Source: Candidatus Goldiibacteriota bacterium (GTDB taxonomy: Bacteria > Oederibacteriota > PGYV01 > DYJU01). Taken from it: a stretch of DNA of 64,000 nucleotides. Below the pieces are notes generated by a model. That model was not told the origin of the DNA. It did no database searches and saw nothing but the letters and a program-made list of their open reading frames with translations. Position numbers and translations under genes: made by a program. Positions within the stretch are counted from its first letter, which is position 1, and each line of letters begins with the position of its first letter. Positions 9,801 through 17,035 of this stretch are shown here, piece by piece. The stretch is from assembly GCA_938034975.1 (NCBI GenBank), contig CALHNI010000001.1:105807-169806 (forward strand), given 5' to 3'.

Positions 9801-10186
9801 CAATTTTTGCCTGCTTTTAGGGTTGCATTATTTATCATCAAAGTATTCTGGGACGCATTTAAAGGATTGGGTGTATAGGTTGTTATTTCCCATGTTCTTT
9901 CACCATCATAAACATACATAAATCCAGGAAAAGAACCCGGGAAACTCGGACTATAAAGATAAATAGCAGATGCTGTAATGGTTGCCACTGTAACATCAGT
10001 ATATGATTTTGTAATGTCAACTGCTGCTAATCTGAAATAAATATAATCACCTATTTTAGCGGTCTGAGCAGTAGGAGTAATTGTATGGTCAAGCGAAGTT
10101 ATTACATATACTGAAAATACATTTGATTTTAAAATAAAAAGAATAAAAAAAGCACTTAACAAAAGTTTCTTTACATATTCCTTCAA
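6836..10186 (-). CDS. Large secreted surface protein with Ig-like and FlgD-Ig domains and a T9SS-type C-terminal sorting-like domain
   Basis: 1116 aa with a TTG start (10186-10184) preceded by AGGAGG, and a signal peptide. There is an internal FlgD-Ig-like segment (SPNPYNPETE...WDGLSNSG) and DT(T/S)(P/I)P Ig-domain boundaries. The C-terminus (INIYNLYGTLVRTI...FDGKNDKGANLKNGLYIMKI...) resembles Por_Secre_tail/FlgD-Ig. Confidence 0.7.
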   Translation of the reverse strand: MKEYVKKLLLSAFFILFILKSNVFSVYVITSLDHTITPTAQTAKIGDYIYFRLAAVDITKSYTDVTVATITASAIYLYSPSFPGSFPGFMYVYDGERTWEITTYTPNPLNASQNTLMINNATLKAGKNCADYLTLQYSSFSVAEGSMITGGDASIDIGTSIYGILLFDDGDMTLHNDTVAGDGVYNTKFLVRESYKFNLKNASVVGHFAVSNIKASNDGFISPSKLSIDGIRPSIELVNASPNPYNPETELLQFYYYLTENCSVKLNIFYNSVTIKTLSATGYYGFNQPILWDGLSNSGTMQTDGDFTYAFEITDSAGNTGRSYTGPLKLTTVQIWTDIYSIDAKYTNVGVPMTIVRLKVNSELKNATRQNLANLGFNYTLGETPGISHDYRNYPWLYHDVKIYNSSGGLVETFKKDSSSNYDMDLSYKDITFPQFADLLAMSGNVYAGPDLPVDLCSGDTLTVYTKGDDDKDNDWDMAFFNSFTDGTYDDGVFKMSADFIFYSKSISPGVYIGAVRGILVGKYILPIYCEDTASYIWQETVDCGGTTKTLSYYKLHVMPSYFEDESYNIISDERGYGLSSSQRTCSFIVEQDPGVPLPDTTPPQIVPYSEYPSDGSIVEPNVLGPSNYLKVMITDEGVGAGPTNLSTFTLKDPYGNPVPGRVAWNAGNPGTKSWEIYYIPDNNLTIGGRYSYTVVPVDANYNIGQSKTFTFDIKDTSIPVVTNLSVQSPSGTTNELSPSTSTQINFLVSKINATVIPGGSSDVDWTLSTITVRNNTTGNYVNGSVVHTTGTNLLVFTPNTVLSDGNYTVFVSVVSQNGYSGVYSYTFYITTAGITYINLSGTGENSTTYMIISVFTETTSGIVNSMGNTISPKSITVTAVSSPPSPPGTYALIATAVSFTAQNMPLTFNPTLCSATLRMHYTNTDIAILNNLKLTENDLTLWYYDGVTWNRITNISNPVMSGSDHYIEATITNLAQGTIFALLYSVPPTIVAIKKYTDDLRSDKVFNPEKGNAVIYFYDKDGIYLENLTEAKEIKINIYNLYGTLVRTINYPKDASYFYNYTWLGGITPVNLAYFLFDGKNDKGANLKNGLYIMKISIKKTDSEIMKTRMIVINR

Positions 10187-10210
10187 AAATTCCCTCCTGA
10201 ATCTTTTTCT

Positions 10211-10469
10211 GGTAGTGTGAAAAGTTTTAACGCTTTTTACTTAAAAATCCTTTTATTCATATACTTATGTTGCCTTTGTTCCCCCTTTATCAAAGGGGGA
10301 TGATTTTAGGGGGATTTACATCCATTATCTTTTTCTCGCTTTCTTTTAATTTAAAATCTCCCCTACTCCCTCTTTATAAAAGAGGGATAAATGTATATTA
10401 TTTTCTATACTTTTAGTATATATTTTAATCTCTGCCTTCTTTATTTTTCATAGAACTTTTCACATTACC
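10211..10469 (-). mobile_element. Family-A MITE, copy A4 (short form, 259 bp)
   Basis: On the minus strand it starts ggtaatgtgaaaagtt and ends aacttttcacactacc. It is flanked by an 8-bp direct repeat ctttttct at 10203-10210 and 10470-10477. It is near-identical in layout to copy A3. Confidence 0.85.
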
Positions 10470-10490
10470 CTTTTTCTCTTTATTTTTTAA

Positions 10491-10518
10491 ATAATAGCAC
10501 ATTTTTATAAAAAGTCAA
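10491..10518 (-). promoter_or_regulatory. Candidate sigma70-type promoter (TTGACT-N16-TATTAT) upstream of A4 and the 1116-aa gene
   Basis: Minus strand reads gcTTGACTttttataaaaatgtgcTATTATttaaa. A start here would place the A4 element in the 5' UTR. Confidence 0.4.
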
Positions 10519-10775
10519 GCAGAGATAAAATTGCCAAAATATTCAGTAACTTGTATAAAAATTGATTTAATAAAGTTTCTTTGGAATTTTTCTCTCGCAT
10601 CCTCAAATCTTCATAGTTATATTTTTTCTTTTATTACCGCAACCTTATAGTGCACTTGTATAAAATTTCGCAGGCATAAAGTCTGCACCTACATCGTTTT
10701 ATTTTTATTTCTCCTATTAGCAAAGGGGGACTAAAGGGATTCCCTGCACCTTCGCCTGTCAATTTTTTATTTAAA

Positions 10776-10936
10776 CTTGAAAATCGTTAGGAAATTACGA
10801 TTTTCAGGAGAAAAAAATAAAATATATTAAAAAACTTATAAAACAACACTTATGTTTTATTATTTATTTTAAAAGCTGACGAATAAAAGTAATGCGTCAT
10901 AAAAATAAAAACGCATTTTCTAATGCGTTTTTACGG
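10776..10936 (-). repeat. Family-B repeat, copy B2 (161 bp, inverted orientation)
   Basis: The reverse complement reads ccgtaaaaacgcattagaaaatgcgttttt...gtgttgtttt...ctcctgaaaatcgtaatttcctaacgattttcaag. Confidence 0.75.
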
Positions 10937-11138
10937 TATGATATTGGCATTTTATATATTTTTAATTTATGCTGAAGTAATTTTTTTTCATTGAGATTTA
11001 AAAATTAAATTATAAATTTACTAACGAGAAATTCTTTAATGCTATCTAAAATCCACACCCTATTACCAATAGTATTATTAATCAAATATTTTTACACCTC
11101 AAAAACAAAATTTTCACATTTTTATTATTAAAAATATC

Positions 11139-11168
11139 TTGTGTTTTATATTAAATAAATTGTATAAT
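11139..11168 (+). promoter_or_regulatory. Candidate promoter (TTGTGT-N18 with TG-extended TATAAT) for the 11234 gene
   Basis: cTTGTGTtttatattaaataaatTGTATAATaatg lies about 65 nt upstream of the AGGAGG-ATG at 11234. Confidence 0.35.
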
Positions 11169-11233
11169 AATGTAAACTTATTTATTAAATTAAACGTCAT
11201 AAATAAAAAAATAAAAAAAAGGAGGTTTTAATT

Positions 11234-11839
11234 ATGAAAAAATTTTGGATTTTAATTGCCGGTTTTATGTTTTTGTTTTTATCAAATCTTTCTTATTCTT
11301 ATGTCCCTGAAAACACACAGGAAAATTCTTTTGAAGAAAAAATTATAAATCAGTTTAAGGAAGTTACAAATCTTGTAAAAGAAGGAATAAAAGCAATAAA
11401 ACAGGAAATCGTCCAATCATCCTATGGTTCTGAAAGAAAAACAACTTTGGAAGGCGAATCTGTAAAAGAAAGTGAAGCAGGTGGCGAAGAAGTAACATCA
11501 AAAGAAGTCCTGTATTATGAACCAAAAGAAGAAATCTATGAAGCAAAAGAAATTATGGATGAAATTTTAATATGGATTTCTATGTATAGAACCACAAATG
11601 GAGAAGATGTAATAACTTTTAAAAAATTAAAAGAATATATTAATCAGAAAAATAAATATTTAAATAAACTCATATCTGCTTTAAAATACGAAAAGAACAA
11701 TAAAGATTCTGTTATAGAATACAAACGCAAAATAGAAAAAACAGACAAAGATTTTAACCGCTATTTAAAAAGATTAAAAGGAAAAATTGAACTCATAGAA
11801 GGTAAACCATTACCAGAACCAAAAGATAATGATAAATAA
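11234..11839 (+). CDS. Hypothetical secreted protein, charged and coiled-coil-rich
   Basis: 201 aa with a strong RBS (aaaggagg) and a signal peptide (MKKFWILIAGFMFLFLSNLSYS). No recognisable domain. Confidence 0.5.
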   Translation: MKKFWILIAGFMFLFLSNLSYSYVPENTQENSFEEKIINQFKEVTNLVKEGIKAIKQEIVQSSYGSERKTTLEGESVKESEAGGEEVTSKEVLYYEPKEEIYEAKEIMDEILIWISMYRTTNGEDVITFKKLKEYINQKNKYLNKLISALKYEKNNKDSVIEYKRKIEKTDKDFNRYLKRLKGKIELIEGKPLPEPKDNDK

Positions 11840-12488
11840 TCAAAATATAGATGAAATAATAAAAAAAGTAAAAAAAAGCATAAAAAAATATGAAGAGCCG
11901 GTTCTTGAAAAATTTAATAAAAAATTAAATTCACCTTATTGGGTATTGATATCCTGTTTACTTTCTTTAAGGACAAAAGATGAAATAACTGAAAAAGTAA
12001 TTAAAAATCTCTATAAAATCGCTAAAACCCCGGAACAAATACTTAAATTGCCTTTAGCCAAATTAAAAAAAATTATTTTTAAGACAGGTTTTTATAACAA
12101 CAAAGCAAAAACAATTAAAAATGTTACAAAAAAAATATTAAATGATTTTAAAGGAAAAGTTCCTGATACGCTTGATGATTTATTGTCTTTACCCGGTGTT
12201 GGCAGAAAAACTGCAAATCTTGTTTTAACAGTTGCTTATAATAAAATGGGCATATGCGTTGACACACACGTGCATAAAATTTTTAACCGCTGGGGTTATG
12301 TCAAAACAAATACCCCGGATGAAACAGAAATGAAATTAAGGGAAAAACTACCAGAAAAATACTGGAAAAAAATTAATAATTTTCTTGTTTTATTTGGTCA
12401 AAATATCTGTGTTCCTGTTTCTCCTTTTTGCTCTTTATGCCCTGTTAATTTAAAATGCCCTAAAATTGGAGTTAAAAGACATCGTTAA
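11829..12488 (+). CDS. nth: Endonuclease III (DNA glycosylase/AP lyase)
   Basis: 219 aa with HhH-GPD (LLSLPGVGRKTANLVL, VDTHV) and a C-terminal 4Fe-4S cluster loop, CVPVSPFCSLCPVNLKC (C-x6-C-x2-C-x5-C). Confidence 0.9.
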   Translation: MINNQNIDEIIKKVKKSIKKYEEPVLEKFNKKLNSPYWVLISCLLSLRTKDEITEKVIKNLYKIAKTPEQILKLPLAKLKKIIFKTGFYNNKAKTIKNVTKKILNDFKGKVPDTLDDLLSLPGVGRKTANLVLTVAYNKMGICVDTHVHKIFNRWGYVKTNTPDETEMKLREKLPEKYWKKINNFLVLFGQNICVPVSPFCSLCPVNLKCPKIGVKRHR

Positions 12489-12514
12489 AATCTTAAAATA
12501 TTTTATTATATTAT

Positions 12515-12677
12515 GAATGCCAATAAATAAATTTTTATTTTTTTAACACATTACTTTATTCACACGTTTTTTTATTTAAAATAAAGAACAAGTGTTGTTT
12601 TAAATATTTTATTGTTTTTAAAATATATTTTTTTTGTTTTTTCCTGAAAATCTCAATATTTTAATGCGATTATCAAG
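12515..12677 (+). repeat. Family-B repeat, copy B3 (left hairpin deleted, right hairpin degenerate)
   Basis: It shares a 45-bp identical core with B6 (aaaataaagaacaagtgttgttttaaatattttattg) and the aatgccaata left flank with B2. It ends cctgaaaatctc...gcgattatcaag. Confidence 0.6.
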
Positions 12678-12683
12678 TATTTT

Positions 12684-13067
12684 TTAATCTTTTATTCCTT
12701 TGCAAAAAGTTTTTACATATTCCAGTTCTGTTTTTTCTTTTAATATACCATCCCAAAAAGGAAAAGTTCTGCATTGTTTTGGTCTTACAGAATAAATTCT
12801 ACATTTATTATTTTCAAGAAATATGCAGGATGATTCTTTTGCTCCTTTTAATACCCTGCCTGCAAATAAAATCCATTGAGTATATTTTCTTTTAAAATCA
12901 AAATAGTATAATTTAAGATAATCTGCAATCTTATGGGCTTCTGTTTTTGATATATGGATAAATCCAGGTGCTCTGCAGCAATTACCACATTGCTGGCATG
13001 CAAATTTTATTTTTATACCCTCTTTTAAATCCATCAACTCAACTCCTTTTTTTTTACATAAATTCAT
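12684..13067 (-). CDS. YkgJ-family cysteine-cluster protein (CxxCxxCC)
   Basis: 127 aa with a CQQCGNCCRAPG motif plus downstream C..C residues typical of the YkgJ/UPF0153 family. Confidence 0.7.
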   Translation of the reverse strand: MNLCKKKGVELMDLKEGIKIKFACQQCGNCCRAPGFIHISKTEAHKIADYLKLYYFDFKRKYTQWILFAGRVLKGAKESSCIFLENNKCRIYSVRPKQCRTFPFWDGILKEKTELEYVKTFCKGIKD

Positions 13068-14245
13068 TTAAAATTTATTTTTTCCAATATAGAAACTGCT
13101 TCTATATGGTCTGTCTGCGGAAACATGTCAAAAATTGCAACTTCCCGAATGTTGTATTTTTCTAATAGTAAAGAAATATCTTTTATCATTTGTTCCGGGT
13201 TACAGGAAATATAAAATAATTTTTGTGGTAAAATTTCATTTATCATTTTCAATGAATTTTTATGTATGCCTGCTCTTGGTGGATCCGCTATCATGATAGT
13301 TTTTTTATCTTTTATTATATCTAAAATTACTCCTGGTTTTGAATCTTCAACCATAATAACTTCGGCATTTGATATATTATTTACTTTTAAATTTTTTTCA
13401 GCGCAGGATAAACTTATACTACTGTTATCTGCTATTATTATTTTTTTTGTTTTTTGATGAAGGAAAATTCCAAAAGTCCCTATTCCGCCATAAAAATCAA
13501 CCAGCAAATCATATTCATCTTTTATCTTTTCTTTTAAAAACTCCATAATATCTTCTGTAACTTTTGAATTATTCTGAAAAAACCCCTGTGAATGATAAAA
13601 ATATGAAACGCCTTTTAATCTTTCCTGTAATATATCATTCCCTTTTATTATTTCATAATCACAGATTGAACTTAAATCCGAATTATATTTAACATAACCA
13701 AGCAATATATTATCGGCACCTGATTTTTTGCAGTATTCAAATAATATTTCTTTTTGTTCGTTTAATTTTTCAGAATTTTTGTTTAAAATAAAAGTTATTG
13801 TGCTTACATTTAAATAATACGATGCCCTTATAACCGCATACCGCAATGTTCCAACTCTTTTCTTTATATCAAAAACATCCAATTTATCTTTATTACCATA
13901 AAACCAATTATTAATATCTTTTAGTAAAAAATTTATTTTTTCATTTGCGATAAAACATTCCTTTACAGGAACGAGTTTATAAAATTTTCCCTTTTCTCTT
14001 AATGAAAGCCCATTTTCAGAAAATGCAAAATCCATCCTATTTCTGTAAAAATACTCATCTTTAAAAAATACTTTTATTTCAGGTAAATGCTTTATTTTTT
14101 TTGTTGCAAATAAAAATTTTAATTTTTCTTTTTTTAAATTGAGCTGTTCAAAATAATCAACCGCAAGTAATGAACACCCGCCACATTTATTATTTAATCT
14201 GCAAATTGCCGTTCTTTGCATATTGCATTTCAACCAGGTGGCCAT
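13064..14245 (-). CDS. RNA (uracil-5)-methyltransferase, RlmD/TrmA family
   Basis: 393 aa with an N-terminal Cys cluster (C..NKCGGCSL), a SAM fold (DFYGGIGTFG) and DPPRAG and YISCNP motifs. Confidence 0.8.
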   Translation of the reverse strand: MATWLKCNMQRTAICRLNNKCGGCSLLAVDYFEQLNLKKEKLKFLFATKKIKHLPEIKVFFKDEYFYRNRMDFAFSENGLSLREKGKFYKLVPVKECFIANEKINFLLKDINNWFYGNKDKLDVFDIKKRVGTLRYAVIRASYYLNVSTITFILNKNSEKLNEQKEILFEYCKKSGADNILLGYVKYNSDLSSICDYEIIKGNDILQERLKGVSYFYHSQGFFQNNSKVTEDIMEFLKEKIKDEYDLLVDFYGGIGTFGIFLHQKTKKIIIADNSSISLSCAEKNLKVNNISNAEVIMVEDSKPGVILDIIKDKKTIMIADPPRAGIHKNSLKMINEILPQKLFYISCNPEQMIKDISLLLEKYNIREVAIFDMFPQTDHIEAVSILEKINFK

Positions 14246-14574
14246 GCCATCTTTCTTCCACCTAAAAGATGGAGATGAAGGTGAAAAACTGCCTGCCCAG
14301 CATTTTTATTGGTATTAAAAACTGTTCTATAACCATCCGCGCTTATATTTTTTTCATGTGCGATTTTCTTTGCAACTAAAAACATTTTACCAATTAAATC
14401 TTTATCCTGTTCTGTAATTTCATTTAAATTTTCTATATGTTTTGCCGGAATAATCAAAATATGCACTGGTGCCTGCGGATTAATATCTTCAAATGCCATT
14501 ATCTCATCATCTTCATACACAACCTTTGATTTTATTTCCTTCCTGAAAATTTTACAAAAAAGACAATCCGTCAT
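14230..14574 (-). CDS. HIT-family nucleotide hydrolase (HinT-like)
   Basis: 114 aa with CLFCKI, an NPQAPVHILIIPK-like segment and the histidine triad HLHLHLLGG. Confidence 0.9.
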   Translation of the reverse strand: MTDCLFCKIFRKEIKSKVVYEDDEIMAFEDINPQAPVHILIIPAKHIENLNEITEQDKDLIGKMFLVAKKIAHEKNISADGYRTVFNTNKNAGQAVFHLHLHLLGGRKMAWPPG

Positions 14575-14589
14575 ATTTTATCCCTCCTT

Positions 14590-15822
14590 TCATAATATAT
14601 CTGCTATGGCTTTATCACCGTTTAAATCTGTTATTAACACGGATATTAAATTTCCGGATAAGTTAATGTTTCCTTTTAAAATTGTTTTTATATAATTTTC
14701 TGTATATCCTTCTTTATAACCATTTTTTATTGTATTTTCTACAAGAACTGTTCTTTTTAATCCAATATTCTTTTTTATAAATTCTTTTTCTTTTTCTTTA
14801 CCTAATAAAATCAATTTTTTTACTCTTTGCTTTTTAATTTCTTCTTTTACTTTATCCTGCATTTTTTCTGCCACTGTTCCATTCCTGTCAGAATAAGAAA
14901 AAATATGCAATCTTGTCAATGGTATATTTTTAACGAAATCAAAAGTATTTTGAAACTCTTTTTCACCTTCACCGGGAAACCCAGCTATAATATCAGTTGT
15001 TATTCCTGCATAGGGTATCTTTTTTATTATATAGTTACATTTTTTTTCATAAAATGAAACTGTATAATTTCTGTTCATAAGTTTTAATATTTTATCATCT
15101 CCACTTTGCATTGAAAGATGAAAATGTGGACATATTTTATCCTGATTATCAGCAATAAAATCTATGATTTTTTCTGTAAGTTCAACAGGACCTATTGAAC
15201 TTAATCTTATTCTTGCATTATTCAGTAATTTAACCGACTCTTTTAATAGGTCAATTATATTTTTTTCGCCATAAAGCCCAAGATTAATACCTGTAAATAC
15301 AATTTCTTTAAATCCTATATTTAAAAAACTCTTTAATTCCGCCAAAACTTCTTCTTTATTTTTTATTTTTATTTTACTTCCCCTCACATAAGGAACAATG
15401 CAATAAGAACAAAACTTGTTACAACCTTCTTCAATTTTGATAAATGCTTTATTTTTATGTGCAAATTTAATAAAACTATTTTTTTGACTTATATCTTCTT
15501 TATTAAAAATCCAGTCGGGATAAAAATTTACATCAAATTTTTTTTCATTTGGAATTATCAAGTCAACATTATTTCTTATTTCTTTTAAATCATTTTTTGT
15601 AAGGCAACCTGTTAAAATTACTTTTTTGTTTTTGTCCTTTTTTATCTGTTTTATTTTTTTAAGAATTTCTTTGTCTATTTTGCTTGTAACTGTGCATGTG
15701 TTTATTATAAAAATATCCGGCGAATCAGATTCTTTTAATCCTTTTTCTGCCAGAACCTGTTTTAAAATTTCTGTATCATATTGATTTGCTTTACAACCAT
15801 AAGTTAAAAAACAGGTCTTCAC
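14590..15822 (-). CDS. mtaB: Radical-SAM methylthiotransferase, MtaB-like (tRNA ms2t6A)
   Basis: 410 aa with a UPF0004 N-domain (TYGCKANQYDTE), a radical-SAM CNKFCSYCIVP motif and a TRAM-like C-terminus. Confidence 0.75.
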   Translation of the reverse strand: MKTCFLTYGCKANQYDTEILKQVLAEKGLKESDSPDIFIINTCTVTSKIDKEILKKIKQIKKDKNKKVILTGCLTKNDLKEIRNNVDLIIPNEKKFDVNFYPDWIFNKEDISQKNSFIKFAHKNKAFIKIEEGCNKFCSYCIVPYVRGSKIKIKNKEEVLAELKSFLNIGFKEIVFTGINLGLYGEKNIIDLLKESVKLLNNARIRLSSIGPVELTEKIIDFIADNQDKICPHFHLSMQSGDDKILKLMNRNYTVSFYEKKCNYIIKKIPYAGITTDIIAGFPGEGEKEFQNTFDFVKNIPLTRLHIFSYSDRNGTVAEKMQDKVKEEIKKQRVKKLILLGKEKEKEFIKKNIGLKRTVLVENTIKNGYKEGYTENYIKTILKGNINLSGNLISVLITDLNGDKAIADIL

Positions 15823-17021
15823 TTAGTAAACTCTTCTATATTAATATTTATTCTTTCTATTTCGTTATTTAAAGTAAAAACTTCTGCATTAAGGTCAAGC
15901 CCTGTGCGTGTAAGAAATGTTTTTTTAACTTTACTTTCAACCTGTTCAATCTTATCCTTTTCAATAATTGCAACTACCGAACCATCCAAACCATAATTTA
16001 TCAGACGAACCGCTTTTACTTCTGGTGCATCCTGGGTTATATCAACAAGAATTTCATTTTCTTCGTCAACTAATTCTAATCTGTTTTTCAGATTTTTCTC
16101 TGACTCATTAATCAGGTCAACAAATTGCTGAATATTACCATTTTGCAGTGCTTTTTTCGCATTTTCCACTCTTTCATTTTCTGAAATAAAATAAGCACAA
16201 CGCTTTCTCTGCTGAATAGTTAAATGGCTTCTTAACTCATCAAACTGCTCCATATTTAAATTATGTAACCCTTCAATTTTTGGGTCAATTCTATTGAGTA
16301 TTTCTACTGCTTCTTTTGTTTCCTGAAATATCTTTTTTGTTTTTTCTTCTATATTTTTTTTCTTAATGCCTGAACTAAAAACAATAAAACACAGATTTCC
16401 CAAATCAATTTTAATACTTTCTGTAATTTTATTAAAACCATCGTAATAGGTAAGATGCCCCTTTTTGGCAATAATTGCAGGTATATATTTTTCTCCACTC
16501 TTTTCTTTTGCCAAAAATTTTTTTTCACTTTCTACACAAACATCGGCAATTTCAATATCAGAAAGTTCCCAATCATTAAACTTCTGGGAAATATCAATTA
16601 TACCTATTTCTAATGCTTCATTACTATTTGCATTGAAAAGGTCAGAAATTTTATTATCAATATAAACATTCATTCCGCTCACCTTTTTTGATAATCCTTC
16701 AAGCATAAAAAGAACTCCGCTCATGAAATTCGCCCAACCGTTTTCTTCCCTGAATTGTGGTTCATTTAAGGAAATTCTTATTTTTTCATTGTATTTTTGA
16801 GAATAAAAATTAACTATTCTGTCTCCATCTTTTCTCTTTTGTGCGAGAACCAATACGCTTTCATCAATAGGAGCTGAAATTACCTTGCCTTTGTTGTATT
16901 TGAAAATATCTCCAAGTATCTGGACACTTCCAGGAACTTTAACCCCTGTTATCAAATTACCCTTTTTTTCAAAAACCTGAAAAAAATTTTTTACTTCGTT
17001 AAACATTGTTTTCTGCAACAT
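15819..17021 (-). CDS. Galactokinase-fold (GHMP) homologue with degenerate catalytic motifs
   Basis: 400 aa, colinear with GalK. VPGSVQILGDIFKYNKG aligns with APGRVNLIGEHTDYNDG and FISENERVENAKKAL with HVVTENART. RLINYGLDGSVVAI aligns with RMTGGGFGGC. The GHMP P-loop PxGxGLSSSA is absent. Confidence 0.55.
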   Translation of the reverse strand: MLQKTMFNEVKNFFQVFEKKGNLITGVKVPGSVQILGDIFKYNKGKVISAPIDESVLVLAQKRKDGDRIVNFYSQKYNEKIRISLNEPQFREENGWANFMSGVLFMLEGLSKKVSGMNVYIDNKISDLFNANSNEALEIGIIDISQKFNDWELSDIEIADVCVESEKKFLAKEKSGEKYIPAIIAKKGHLTYYDGFNKITESIKIDLGNLCFIVFSSGIKKKNIEEKTKKIFQETKEAVEILNRIDPKIEGLHNLNMEQFDELRSHLTIQQRKRCAYFISENERVENAKKALQNGNIQQFVDLINESEKNLKNRLELVDEENEILVDITQDAPEVKAVRLINYGLDGSVVAIIEKDKIEQVESKVKKTFLTRTGLDLNAEVFTLNNEIERININIEEFTK

Positions 17022-17035
17022 TTTCTCTCCTTTTA

